Source: an uncultured Gammaproteobacteria bacterium (GTDB taxonomy: Bacteria > Patescibacteriota > Patescibacteriia > SG8-24). From it: a stretch of DNA of 64,000 nucleotides. A model generated the notes under the pieces. It did not search any database. It had not been told where the DNA came from and saw nothing but the letters and a program-made list of their open reading frames with translations. The stretch covers positions 95,168-159,167 of the forward strand of contig CAZAOV010000001.1 of the NCBI GenBank assembly GCA_964486995.1, given 5' to 3'. Shown piece by piece: positions 10,683 to 21,312 of this stretch. A program made the translations under genes and the position numbers. How positions within the stretch are numbered: position 1 is the first letter of the stretch; every line of letters starts with the position of its first letter.

Positions 10683-10819
10683 GTGTAATGGGTAGTAAGG
10701 GGTACAAAAGTGTAAGGGTGGAAAGGCGGCATGGCTGGCGAATGCAGATGCAAGTCCTGTCGTCCTTCTGCCCCTATACTCCTATGCTTCTATAATCTTC
10801 GCCTCGGCGTTTCTACCCG

Positions 10820-11875
10820 CTAGGAGAAGAATCCGATATCGATGAGCGCCATCACGAAGCCCATCACCGAAGTCACGCCAGCGATAATCCAAAACCGCAT
10901 CACAATTTTTGGTTCGGACCAGCCGATCGCTTCAAAATGATGATGAATCGGCGCGGAGCGAAACACTTTCTTGCCGCCACGCAACTTCTTAGATGAAACC
11001 TGAATAATGACCGATGCTGATTCGAGCACAAAAATAAACCCGATTATCGGCAACAATAACGCGGTGTTTGTGAGCATGGCCACGATTCCGAGCGTAACAC
11101 CTAACGACATCGCGCCCGTATCACCCATGAAGAACCGCGCCGGATTGATGTTGAACCACAAGAACGCCAATAGCGCGCCGACGATTACCCCGCAAAACGC
11201 CGCCAAGTCTGTGCGGCCCTGCATGAACGCAATCGCTCCGTATGCGCCAAAGCTTGAAAGCAGAACGCCACCGGCCAACCCGTCCAGACCATCGGTCTCG
11301 TTAACCGAAAAGGACGTTGCCACAATCACGACAATGAACGCCATGATATACCACCAGCCGATATTGAAATTACCCAAAAACGGCACGCGCAGTAAATCCC
11401 AATCAAGCTTAAAATAAAACCACAAAGCCCCAACCAGCGCTATTACTGTGTAAACCACCAAACGATGTGCCATTGTAAGGCCGCCGCCATGCGGACCAAT
11501 CTTGCGAACATTAAAATAGTCATCCACCACACCAATCAACGCCGCAGCCACCAAAGCGCCGAGCGGCAACAGGGTCTGTGACCGAGACAAAAAATTGAAC
11601 CAAGAGAAGAACGGTCCACCGAACCACTGATTGCCAAAGTAAAAAAATAACGCCAACGCCAATACCGTCACCCAAATCAGAATTCCACCCATGGTCGGAG
11701 TGCCGGACTTGCCCTGATGCAGCTTCGAAAAAATCGGTGCAGACTTGGCATCACGTATCTGTTTACCCAACTTAAATTTATACAAAAAGTTCGTCAAAAG
11801 CGGCGTCCAACAAATGGCCACTAAAAACGATACTGTGGTCAGAAAAAAAATTTTGATTACACCGTAGATTTCCAT
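10820..11875 (-). CDS. mraY: phospho-MurNAc-pentapeptide transferase
   Basis: KSGTPTMGG, NETDGLDGL, FMGDTG and APIHHHFE motifs. Confidence 0.96.
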   Translation of the reverse strand: MEIYGVIKIFFLTTVSFLVAICWTPLLTNFLYKFKLGKQIRDAKSAPIFSKLHQGKSGTPTMGGILIWVTVLALALFFYFGNQWFGGPFFSWFNFLSRSQTLLPLGALVAAALIGVVDDYFNVRKIGPHGGGLTMAHRLVVYTVIALVGALWFYFKLDWDLLRVPFLGNFNIGWWYIMAFIVVIVATSFSVNETDGLDGLAGGVLLSSFGAYGAIAFMQGRTDLAAFCGVIVGALLAFLWFNINPARFFMGDTGAMSLGVTLGIVAMLTNTALLLPIIGFIFVLESASVIIQVSSKKLRGGKKVFRSAPIHHHFEAIGWSEPKIVMRFWIIAGVTSVMGFVMALIDIGFFS

Positions 11876-12018
11876 GGTTTTTAAGTGCGAAATATATGAG
11901 GCGCTAAAGCCAAGCGGTGCCCTGCGAAAACTCCATCATATCTCTATTGTGCTCTTTAAGTGCCAAACGCGGGCAAAACGTATCGCCCGCGTAATTTATA
12001 TCAGCATGCTTCAAATGT

Positions 12019-12441
12019 CTAACCGTTCAACAGTGCCGCCATCACGCCACCAATCAGGAACAGGAGCTGAAGAAAGATTGTAATTCCGTACAACACCGAA
12101 CCAAACATCCTATGGCTCTTGGACAATGCGCCAGCAATCAAACCGTTGACGAAAAAGACCACCAAACCAAAACCAGGAAATATGAATATCTTCCACCAAA
12201 CATCAATCCAATCAACGCCGAGCGCAGCCGTATAATGCAGTCGCAAAAAATTCAACTGACCAATCCGCGACAATACAAACCACAGTAAAAGAAGCCAATG
12301 AACCAACAGCACGGCCATAGCCAATACGGCCATAACTTCTATCGTGCGATTATATATACCGAACAGCTTCTCAAGCGTTCCGTTTCCGTATTTACGTACA
12401 GGCATAAAATAGGGCGGATGATGAGCCGACTTACGCGGCAT
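12019..12441 (-). CDS. small membrane protein (about 3 TM)
   Basis: Hydrophobic segments and LHYTAALGVDWI motif; true start may be downstream (e.g. 12403). Confidence 0.7.
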   Translation of the reverse strand: MPRKSAHHPPYFMPVRKYGNGTLEKLFGIYNRTIEVMAVLAMAVLLVHWLLLLWFVLSRIGQLNFLRLHYTAALGVDWIDVWWKIFIFPGFGLVVFFVNGLIAGALSKSHRMFGSVLYGITIFLQLLFLIGGVMAALLNG

Positions 12442-12710
12442 CTAGGGCAAAATGTAACATTATTTTGAGATGGATTCAAGAGCGGTATATGCGTAATTGC
12501 AGCGATAAGTACGGCTGCGGAAGGCTGGAAAGATGTAGAGGTAAGGCAATATGGGGGCATGAAGCAGAAGAGCGGCGAAGCTCGCGGATGCGCATTTGCG
12601 CTTATCGCCCTTTTGCCCTTATGCTCTTTCACTCTTGTGCCCCTTTATATCATGCCTTTTAGCGAACCCGGCGCCGACTGCCCTATTTAAGGCAACTATC
12701 TCCAAAAATA

Positions 12711-12719
12711 TGGTATAAT
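12711..12719 (+). promoter_or_regulatory. extended -10 promoter of the pil operon
   Basis: TGGTATAAT about 24 nt upstream of the pilB ATG. Confidence 0.6.
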
Positions 12720-12742
12720 ATAGAAGATGAAACTATTCTTAT

Positions 12743-14488
12743 ATGCTACAAGACGACCTGCTTAAAAAAATCCTTCGAGAAACTAAAACACTGGATGCCA
12801 AAGGAATAAAGGATCTCATAAAAGAGGCTGGAGAAAAAGACCCGAAAATGCCTCTTGAGACTTTTCTGATAAAGGAGAAAAAGATGCCAGAAGAGATGCT
12901 TTACCGCATCGCCGCTCAATTTTATAGGTTGCCGTTCATCAATCTGCGAGAAAAACCGATTCGTCGGGATATTCTGTTCATGATTCCGGAACCTATCGCC
13001 AATTCGCACAAGCTCGTGGCCTTTGATCAAATAGGTGACGAGCTTTTTGTTGCCACGATGGAGCCAACGGACTTACAGACGTTCGAGTTCATAAAACGAA
13101 AGACCAACCTTAATTTAAAAGTGCACTATACCAATCCGGAATCTTTTGAAACCGCGGTCAAACAATATAAGCAAAGCCTGTCTGCCGAACTGGGTGCGCT
13201 CACTGCCATACCGACCAAGGACGGCGAAGCTTCATCGCCAGAGGAAGAGGCCAAGCTGTCTAAGCTGGCAGAAGATATCCCGATTATCCGTGTGGTGGAT
13301 TCAATCTTGGAGCATGCCGTACTGGAAGGCGCTTCAGATATTCATGTTGAACCCACCGAACATGAGATACAAATTAGGTTCCGCGTGGACGGGGTGTTGC
13401 GTCCGGTAATGACCTTTCCGAAGGTGGTCGCGCCAGGAATCGTCGCTCGCATCAAGATTTTATCTAATCTAAAACTAGACGAACACCGTCTACCACAAGA
13501 CGGTCGTTTCAAAATTGAAAACAATAACTATAAGTTTTCATTACGTGTTTCTATCCTGCCGGTACAAGACGGCGAAAAAATCGTCATGCGCCTACTTTCC
13601 GAAACAGCGGCCGCTCTCTCGCTTGACCAGCTCGGCTTCCGGCCAAAAATACAAGAACAGGTGATGCGCAACGTCAACAAACCTCACGGTATTATCCTGG
13701 TAACCGGACCAACGGGTTCGGGAAAATCGACCACTTTATATTCAATTATCAATATTTTGAACACTCCTCAGGTGAATATCTCTACCGTCGAAGATCCGGT
13801 TGAGTATCGCATGCCCGGCATCAATCAAAGCCAGGTCAATCCAAAAATCGGTTTCACGTTTGCAGGTGGTCTGCGCGCGCTTCTGCGTCAGGATCCGAAT
13901 ATAATTATGGTCGGTGAGATTCGCGATGAAGAAACCGCCGGCATTGCGGTACAAGCCGCTATGACAGGCCACTTGGTACTCGGAACCTTGCACACCAACG
14001 ATGCAGCCACTTCACTCCCGCGCCTAGTCGACATGAACGTGCCGCGATTCCTGATCGCTTATACCGCAAACATGATTATCGGTCAGCGATTGGTGCGTAA
14101 AATATGCCAGAACTGCCTTCGGTCATATCGTCTGCCTAAACACGCCGTCGATGAGCTCAAAAAGGAGGTTGACTTGGATTCCATATGGAAAACGCTAAGA
14201 AGAGAGGGGTTTGTCGAGAAAGACCAAAAAATTGAAGACACTACATTCTGGCGCGGCTCTGGCTGCTCGCAATGCGGCGAAGAAGGCTATAAAGGGCGGA
14301 TGGGAATTTACGAACTGCTAGAAACGTCACCTGATATCGCTGATATGATTAACGAAAACGCCTCATCGGAAGAAATTAAAAAAGCGGCCATAGGAGAGGG
14401 TATGGTGACTATGATCGAAGAGGGATTCATGAAAGCGATCAAGGGCTCAACAACGGTCGAAGAGGTGTTACGCGTAACTAAAGACTAG
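12743..14488 (+). CDS. pilB: type IV pilus assembly ATPase PilB/GspE
   Basis: GPTGSGKS, EDPVEY, LRQDPN, HTNDA and two CxxC motifs. Confidence 0.93.
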   Translation: MLQDDLLKKILRETKTLDAKGIKDLIKEAGEKDPKMPLETFLIKEKKMPEEMLYRIAAQFYRLPFINLREKPIRRDILFMIPEPIANSHKLVAFDQIGDELFVATMEPTDLQTFEFIKRKTNLNLKVHYTNPESFETAVKQYKQSLSAELGALTAIPTKDGEASSPEEEAKLSKLAEDIPIIRVVDSILEHAVLEGASDIHVEPTEHEIQIRFRVDGVLRPVMTFPKVVAPGIVARIKILSNLKLDEHRLPQDGRFKIENNNYKFSLRVSILPVQDGEKIVMRLLSETAAALSLDQLGFRPKIQEQVMRNVNKPHGIILVTGPTGSGKSTTLYSIINILNTPQVNISTVEDPVEYRMPGINQSQVNPKIGFTFAGGLRALLRQDPNIIMVGEIRDEETAGIAVQAAMTGHLVLGTLHTNDAATSLPRLVDMNVPRFLIAYTANMIIGQRLVRKICQNCLRSYRLPKHAVDELKKEVDLDSIWKTLRREGFVEKDQKIEDTTFWRGSGCSQCGEEGYKGRMGIYELLETSPDIADMINENASSEEIKKAAIGEGMVTMIEEGFMKAIKGSTTVEEVLRVTKD

Positions 14489-14493
14489 TCAAA

Positions 14494-15591
14494 ATGAACG
14501 CAATTCAACGTTTAGACTATTGGCTGATGCATCACACCGGGGTGCCGCTGACGCAAAAGGTGTTTTTTACGGAAAATCTTCGCGTGATGGTGAAGGCTGG
14601 GTTATCAATGACGGAGGCCTTGGGGACGTTATCACTGCAATCAGAATCAAAGACGTTCAAAAGAATCATCAACGAGCTTCGTCAGGATATAGAGACCGGA
14701 AAATCGCTATCGGTTAGCATGGCACGCTTTCCGAAAACCTTCACGGACATATATCGAAGCATGATTGAAGTCGGTGAAGTTTCCGGCACGTTAGAAAAAA
14801 CTTTGGACGAGCTGGCGATACAGATGAAAAAGGACCACAAGTTGCGATCCAAGGTTAAGGGTGCCATGACCTATCCGATTGTCATCTTGATTGCAATGCT
14901 TGGTATTACCGCCCTGCTGATGGTGTTTGTGTTGCCCAAACTGCTCGGCGTGTTTAAGGAATTCGGTGACTCCGTTCAGCTGCCGCTGGCCACTCGCATG
15001 CTCATGTCAATCAGTGACTTCGTACAGAACAATGGAATTCTGACCGGACTGTTAATCGTGTTCATCATAGTTGGAACCGGCGCTTTTTCTCAGATTCAAT
15101 TCGGACGAAGAGTATTTCACTATTGTTTTCTGCACGGACCGATTCTCGGCCCAATAACCAAAAAAATAAACTTGGCTCGTTTCTCGCGCACAATTTCTGG
15201 ACTGTTGCGTACGGATATTCCTGTTGTGCAATCATTCGAAATCACTTCGCAGGTGGTTGGCAACGTTTATTACAAAGAAGCGATAATGAAAGCGAGCGAG
15301 CTAATCAGAAAAGGCGCCACTGTCGCCGAGAGCATCACCAGGGAGGATAAAATATTTCCGCCGCTCGTCGTGCAGATGGTTCATGTTGGTGAGCGGTCCG
15401 GTAGCGTGGATGAAATGCTGGAAGAGATAGCGGAGTTCTACGAACAGGAAGTTGATAATGTGCTGGACAGTCTTTCTTCAATTATCGAACCGGTATTAAT
15501 ACTGGTACTGGCGCTTATGGTCGGCGGAATCGCCTTGGCAGTTATCACCCCGATGTATTCGCTGACCCAAGCCATGGCTGAAGGTGGTTAA
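14494..15591 (+). CDS. pilC: type IV pilus platform protein PilC/GspF
   Basis: Two GspF repeats (GEVSGTL, GERSGSV), AMTYP, IIEP. Confidence 0.92.
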   Translation: MNAIQRLDYWLMHHTGVPLTQKVFFTENLRVMVKAGLSMTEALGTLSLQSESKTFKRIINELRQDIETGKSLSVSMARFPKTFTDIYRSMIEVGEVSGTLEKTLDELAIQMKKDHKLRSKVKGAMTYPIVILIAMLGITALLMVFVLPKLLGVFKEFGDSVQLPLATRMLMSISDFVQNNGILTGLLIVFIIVGTGAFSQIQFGRRVFHYCFLHGPILGPITKKINLARFSRTISGLLRTDIPVVQSFEITSQVVGNVYYKEAIMKASELIRKGATVAESITREDKIFPPLVVQMVHVGERSGSVDEMLEEIAEFYEQEVDNVLDSLSSIIEPVLILVLALMVGGIALAVITPMYSLTQAMAEGG

Positions 15592-15604
15592 TTACCTTGG
15601 ATAA

Positions 15605-17407
15605 ATGCATACCCCAAAGACAAAGAAGCGACGGGCCGGTTTGACACTAATAGAAGCGCTGGCCAGCATCGCTATTTTTACTATGGTCGGTATCGTCATT
15701 TACGAATTCTTCGGCGGAATGTTCGTGGCCGTGCAAAACTCAAAATCAATGCTTGCTTCCGTGGAACTGCTGCAGGAGCAGGTGGAGATTGTTCGCAATC
15801 TAAGTTTTGGTGACGTGGGAATTTCCAGTGGCGTTCCTGACGGAGTTCTCCAGCATGTCACAAACGTCACTCGCGGTGGCCAGCAATACGAAGTCACAAC
15901 GACAGTACGCAACATCGATGACCCGTTCGACGGTACGGTCGGCGGTAATCCTAATGATCTTTCGCCGGCGGATTATCGTTTGGTGGAAATCGAGGTCGCT
16001 TGCACGACGTGCCACAACAAAACGCCGATACGATTCACCACCACTCAAGCACCCAAGGACCTGGAAACGCTATCAACTAACGGTGCGCTGTTTATTCGTG
16101 CGCTCGACGGCAGCGGTTTGCCGGTGGCCAACGCCGATATCACCGTCACTAACGACGATGAATTTCCGCCGATTCTAATCGAGGATGTCACCGATAACGA
16201 TGGATACCTCCGTATTATCGACGCTCCGCCGGGCACTAATGCGTATAACGTTATCGCAACTAAACCCGGCTATTCAACCGAACAAACTTACCCCATCGGC
16301 GGACCCGGAAATCCTGACCCAATTAAGGAGGACGTCACGGTGGTGGTTCAGGATGTGACGCCACTCTCGCTATTCATAGACAAGGTGAGCACGATAAACG
16401 TCACCTCAATTACGCAAACATGTTCGGCAGTCGGCAATGTTTCGTTTGATTTGGCTGGAGACAAAAAAATCGGTGAAACTCCGGATGTCCTGAAATACGA
16501 ACAGTCGCATTTAACCAACGGCAGCGGACAGCTCACTCTGACCGATATGGAATGGGATGCCTACACTACAGAACTGAACGGTTCGACCTATGACCTGATC
16601 GGTTTGATTCCGCTAAACCCATTGAATGTGGCGCCGGATTCCACGGCCAGCCTGCAGCTAGTAGTTGTCCCAGCTAACCCTCGCGCACTCATGGTTACAG
16701 TCAAGGATGCCTCCAGTAAGCTGCCCATCACCGATGCTGAGGTTACTTTGAGCAGGGGCGCATATTCGGAAACCAAACATACTGGACGTGGCTATCTGAC
16801 TCAGACCGATTGGCAGGGCGGATCGGGCCAAAACGATTATACCGACACGACTCGCTTCTTTGATTCTGACGGAAATATCGAAATCGATGACCCAACCGGC
16901 GAACTACGACTAATCGATGTCGGTTCGTACGCGTGGTCCGGCAACCTGACGTCCTCCAGTTTCGACACCGGAACCGACAGCAACTTCCACCAGATATCAT
17001 GGCAGCCCACGGACCAACCACCCGAGGTCGGACCAAGCAGCGTTCGTCTGCAGGTCGCCACGAACACCGACAACATGACCTGGAACTTCACTGGGCCTGA
17101 CGGTACATCAGGTTCGTACTACACCCCTGGTGAAACCACGATACATTCATCTCATGATGGCGATCGCTACCTGCGTTATAAAATATTTCTGACCACCAAT
17201 GACAATAACCACACACCAAATGTTTCTGACATTAATTTTACTTTCTCTTCAAGCTGTCAGCCACCGGGGCAAGCACTGTTCAGCGGACTGAGTCCAGTAA
17301 GCTACGGCCTGGAGGTTACTGCTTCCGGATATCAGGATTATACGGACGGATCAGTCTTAATTTCAGATGACTGGGCAGAATACGAAGTCTTACTAAGCAC
17401 GGATTAG
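15605..17407 (+). CDS. large prepilin-type protein with beta-rich, carboxypeptidase-regulatory-like domains
   Basis: Class III signal RAG|LTLIE plus hydrophobic helix; repeated V..A.ITV...YN.IATKPGY-type modules. Confidence 0.85.
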   Translation: MHTPKTKKRRAGLTLIEALASIAIFTMVGIVIYEFFGGMFVAVQNSKSMLASVELLQEQVEIVRNLSFGDVGISSGVPDGVLQHVTNVTRGGQQYEVTTTVRNIDDPFDGTVGGNPNDLSPADYRLVEIEVACTTCHNKTPIRFTTTQAPKDLETLSTNGALFIRALDGSGLPVANADITVTNDDEFPPILIEDVTDNDGYLRIIDAPPGTNAYNVIATKPGYSTEQTYPIGGPGNPDPIKEDVTVVVQDVTPLSLFIDKVSTINVTSITQTCSAVGNVSFDLAGDKKIGETPDVLKYEQSHLTNGSGQLTLTDMEWDAYTTELNGSTYDLIGLIPLNPLNVAPDSTASLQLVVVPANPRALMVTVKDASSKLPITDAEVTLSRGAYSETKHTGRGYLTQTDWQGGSGQNDYTDTTRFFDSDGNIEIDDPTGELRLIDVGSYAWSGNLTSSSFDTGTDSNFHQISWQPTDQPPEVGPSSVRLQVATNTDNMTWNFTGPDGTSGSYYTPGETTIHSSHDGDRYLRYKIFLTTNDNNHTPNVSDINFTFSSSCQPPGQALFSGLSPVSYGLEVTASGYQDYTDGSVLISDDWAEYEVLLSTD

Positions 17408-17411
17408 GTCT

Positions 17412-18032
17412 ATGATGCGCCCCTTCCGTAAAACTCGCAGTAGCGGCTTCACCCTGATGGAAGTGATGGTGGTGTTAGGCATCAGTATTATGGTAATGGG
17501 GGCGGCTCTATTGTTGCAGCGAGATGTACTCAAATTCAATGACGTTTTGCACGGTGCCTTTACGCTTCAGGAACAAGCCCGTCGCGCATTCAAGCAAATG
17601 TCTAAGGAGGTCAGAATCATAAATCATGCCGAAAATGGCTCATACCCCATCGCCGAAGCTTTGAGTGACTCATTTATTTTCTACTCTGACTATGATTCGG
17701 ACGGGGTTATGGAACGGATGCGCTACTATGTTAGCGGCACCACACTACGAAAAGGCGTTACTGAACCGAGCGGTGTGCCGGCCATATATGACTCGGGAAA
17801 TGAGGAGGTGGTAACCATAATCAGCGAGTTGGCAAACGGTCTCACTGACGTATTTGAATATTACGATGAATCATACGACGGGCAATCCGGCCCGCTCACT
17901 ACACCGTTCGACCTGTCAGACATACGATTGGTAAAAATGACGGTCATTATCGACAGCAACGGAGACCGTTCGCCAGAACCGCAGACTTTTACCACACAGG
18001 TATCTCTGCGCAATCTGAAAGATAACCTATGA
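17412..18032 (+). CDS. minor pilin (PilW-like)
   Basis: SG|FTLME prepilin motif; C-terminal VSLRN. Confidence 0.85.
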   Translation: MMRPFRKTRSSGFTLMEVMVVLGISIMVMGAALLLQRDVLKFNDVLHGAFTLQEQARRAFKQMSKEVRIINHAENGSYPIAEALSDSFIFYSDYDSDGVMERMRYYVSGTTLRKGVTEPSGVPAIYDSGNEEVVTIISELANGLTDVFEYYDESYDGQSGPLTTPFDLSDIRLVKMTVIIDSNGDRSPEPQTFTTQVSLRNLKDNL

Positions 18033-19477
18033 TGCGTGTACGCCGACACAATCGGGGGTCGCTGTCGAATCAGTCTGGACAGACGCTAATTCTGGTTTTG
18101 ACCGTCACAGTCATTGCCATGTTGTTCCTGACGGGTATTGCGAGTTGGGCCACGATAAATATTCGAGCGGTGTCGCATACACGTAATCGAGAGCTGGCGC
18201 TTATGGTGGCGGAGGCCGGAACCGAGTATTATCGATGGCATCTGGCGCATGCACCGCAAGATTTCCAGGACGGCACCGGACAGCCCGGACCCTATGTGCA
18301 CGACTACCATGACAAAGACGGAAGCGTCATCGGCACTTTTACTTTGGACATCACCGCACCAACGCAAGGTTCAACCCTGGTCACCATAAAATCCACTGGC
18401 AGTCCGGCTAGCAATCCCAATATCCAGCGCGCGGTGGAAACTCGACTAGCCAAACCTTCATGGGCAAAGTACGCAGTGGTAGCGAACGACGTAATGCGTT
18501 TCGGAGGAGGAACCGAAGTGTTTGGCGAGATCCACTCCAACGAGGGCATTCGCTTCGACGGCTTGATCCATAACATCATATCCAGCGCCCGAACTACCTA
18601 TGACGATCCAGACCACAGCGGCGGAAACGAACATGCTGTTCATACCCATGTCAGTCCGGTCGACCCACTGCCACCGGCATCGGTACCAAGTCGTCCGGAC
18701 GTTTTTGAGGCCGGACGCACCTTTCCGGTCTCAACAGTTGACTTTGACGGTATCACCGCCGACTTGGCGCAAATCAAATCCGACTCACAGGACGACGGCT
18801 ATTATGTACCGGCATCTGGCCAGCAGGGGTGGCGAATCAGCTTTCTATCCAATGACACCTTCAATCTTTACCGGGTCAGAAATGTTTACAGCGGCTGGTC
18901 AAACTGCGGCAATGCTCTAGGTGAAGATTATTGGGGAACCTGGTCAATTCGTCGCCAAGATTATTGGGGCAACTACCCCATGCCTAACAACGGGCTTATA
19001 TTCGTGGAAGACCACGTTTGGGCGGACGGTCAAATTGACGGTTCACGGATTACGATTGCTGCTGGACGATTCCCGTCTAACCCATCAACCTATCGCCATA
19101 TAACCATCAACAACGATTTGGAATATACGAACTATGATGGACAAGACGCAATCGCACTTATCGCTCAAGGCAACATCAACGTGGGTTTGGGCAGTGAAAA
19201 CTATCTAAAAATAGATGCCGCGTTAATCTCCCAAAACGGTCGTGTCGGCAGACATTATTACGAGTGGGGCTGTAATCCATACAACGTGCGGCAACAAATA
19301 GATCTTTACGGCATGATCGGCACAAACCAACGGTACGGCTTTGCATGGACCGACGGCACCGGATATCAAATCCGCAACCTGAACTACGATGCCGAATTGC
19401 TTTATTCACCTCCGCCAAGCTTCCCGTTGACCTCAGAACAATATGTCACTCTGTCATGGCGTGAAGTTGCACCGTAA
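18029..19477 (+). CDS. PilX-like minor pilin
   Basis: SG|QTLIL without Glu5; ALMVAEAG; C-terminal SWRE. Confidence 0.8.
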   Translation: MMRVRRHNRGSLSNQSGQTLILVLTVTVIAMLFLTGIASWATINIRAVSHTRNRELALMVAEAGTEYYRWHLAHAPQDFQDGTGQPGPYVHDYHDKDGSVIGTFTLDITAPTQGSTLVTIKSTGSPASNPNIQRAVETRLAKPSWAKYAVVANDVMRFGGGTEVFGEIHSNEGIRFDGLIHNIISSARTTYDDPDHSGGNEHAVHTHVSPVDPLPPASVPSRPDVFEAGRTFPVSTVDFDGITADLAQIKSDSQDDGYYVPASGQQGWRISFLSNDTFNLYRVRNVYSGWSNCGNALGEDYWGTWSIRRQDYWGNYPMPNNGLIFVEDHVWADGQIDGSRITIAAGRFPSNPSTYRHITINNDLEYTNYDGQDAIALIAQGNINVGLGSENYLKIDAALISQNGRVGRHYYEWGCNPYNVRQQIDLYGMIGTNQRYGFAWTDGTGYQIRNLNYDAELLYSPPPSFPLTSEQYVTLSWREVAP

Positions 19478-19544
19478 TTGTCCGTATCGCGGGCAATGGG
19501 TTATCATATATAGGTAAAAATGAGTAGAAAACGGACAACAATCT

Positions 19545-20771
19545 ATGTTGAATCCAGTCGCTAACGCCTTTGGTCTGGACATCGGCGATAAATCATATAA
19601 GCTGGCGCAGTTACAGCATCGCCAAAAGGGAGACTATCGCCTAACGGCGCTGGGTCAAATTGATGTTCCTGAAGGTGTTATGAGCGGAGGCGAAATAACG
19701 GATAAAAAGAGAGGTGCTGAGCTGGTGTCTAAACTGGTAAAAAAATCCACCGGGCGGGTGCGCGGCCGAGCTGTGGTAGCCTGTCTACCCGAAGCAAAGA
19801 CATTCATCAAGATAATTGACGCGCCAACAGGACAATCTAAACCTGAATTGGAACGCGCAGTTCTGTCTGAGATTGAACAAAATATCCCACTGCCCAAAGA
19901 AGACATTTACTATGACTGGCAGCTCATTAGACCAGCGAAGCATAAGCCAGCGATAGACACGGCTGAAAAGGATGAAAAAGCGCCTAAAAAAGACAGGCGA
20001 GGCGACACGAAAAAGAGACGGGCCGAAACGGACCAGGAAACAGGAGACAAAAAAGAACCTGCCGCCACCTCGCCGGGTAAGAATACGCCTGACCAAGCGA
20101 AAATCCTGCTCGGCGCTGCACCCAAGGTGCTAGTAGATGACCTGACAGAGATGTTGGACATGGCGGGCTTGGCTCCGGTTGCTCTTGAAATTGAAGCGAC
20201 AGCCATCAGTCGCTGCATAATACCGAGCAAAAGCGGATTCGCACAGGCAGTCGGCATCTTGGATATCGGTGCCACCCGGTCCAGCCTGGTGATATACGAC
20301 CGTGGCCTTATACAAATGTCTATAAGCATCCCAATCGCCGGAACGACCATAACACAAACCCTCAGCAAGATGCTGAACGTGAGCCTTGAGGACGCCGAGA
20401 TACTAAAGGTGGAATGCGGGCTGGATAGCCAGCGCTGCGAAAATAAAATATGGACCGTACTGCAACCGCTCATCGATGACATGGCGCAAAAAATTCGCAG
20501 CGCATTACGTTTCTATAAAATCGGGTTTCCGCAAGGAAAAAACATCGAACAGCTGTACGTTTGCGGTGGCGGTGCGCACTTTCGTGAAATTGACTCTGTG
20601 CTATCCAGAAAACTCACCATTAAAGTTGAACGAGCCGACTCTACAATAAACTTGAAAAAACCGTTACCGCAGCGGCTCCGATCCGCTCAAGACCTTTCTT
20701 ATACGACCGCGCTGGGGCTCGGTATTCGAGCGGCAGATGAGATGAAAAACCAAGTCAAGCTACTGCTATAA
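19545..20771 (+). CDS. pilM: PilM actin-like pilus assembly protein
   Basis: GLDIG, LDIGA, CGGGA and ALGLG motifs; charged internal insertion. Confidence 0.9.
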   Translation: MLNPVANAFGLDIGDKSYKLAQLQHRQKGDYRLTALGQIDVPEGVMSGGEITDKKRGAELVSKLVKKSTGRVRGRAVVACLPEAKTFIKIIDAPTGQSKPELERAVLSEIEQNIPLPKEDIYYDWQLIRPAKHKPAIDTAEKDEKAPKKDRRGDTKKRRAETDQETGDKKEPAATSPGKNTPDQAKILLGAAPKVLVDDLTEMLDMAGLAPVALEIEATAISRCIIPSKSGFAQAVGILDIGATRSSLVIYDRGLIQMSISIPIAGTTITQTLSKMLNVSLEDAEILKVECGLDSQRCENKIWTVLQPLIDDMAQKIRSALRFYKIGFPQGKNIEQLYVCGGGAHFREIDSVLSRKLTIKVERADSTINLKKPLPQRLRSAQDLSYTTALGLGIRAADEMKNQVKLLL

Positions 20772-20774
20772 GTT

Positions 20775-21311
20775 ATGCGGACGTCTCTAAACCTATTACC
20801 GCCAAAAGAAAAACGCGGCCTGCAGACCGCGCTAGCTATTACGTTTGTTAAAACTTTGACTGCCTACGTATTTCTGGTTTCGCTCATTATCGCCGGCATA
20901 CTTCTATCCATCAAGTTTGTAATGAACGAGACGGCAGACAGCTTAGCCGAGCGCTCAATGGCCTCACTGGAAGAGCATGAAGTCATAAGCCAATACATTC
21001 AAAGCATTAACGACTATATTCATCGAACGGATGAGCTAAACGAAAGTTTTATCGACTGGTCTGCAGTGCTGGAGACTCTGGGACACTCGGCACCAGACGG
21101 CTTGATGTTTGAAAGCGTTGTAGTAGATACCGACAATACGATCACAATCGAGGGTTCGGCCGCGTCGCGCGACGATATTCTACAGATGGAGACGTTTTTA
21201 AATGACTTGCCGGAATTTACGGACATAGAATCACCGCTGTCGAATATTCTCACGAAAGAAAATACCCGCTTTCGGTTCGTAATGAAATATAATCCTGCGC
21301 CCAGTAATTAA
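20775..21311 (+). CDS. pilN: PilN-like protein
   Basis: N-terminal LNLLP PilM-binding motif plus TM helix; follows pilM. Confidence 0.85.
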   Translation: MRTSLNLLPPKEKRGLQTALAITFVKTLTAYVFLVSLIIAGILLSIKFVMNETADSLAERSMASLEEHEVISQYIQSINDYIHRTDELNESFIDWSAVLETLGHSAPDGLMFESVVVDTDNTITIEGSAASRDDILQMETFLNDLPEFTDIESPLSNILTKENTRFRFVMKYNPAPSN

Positions 21312-21312
21312 T

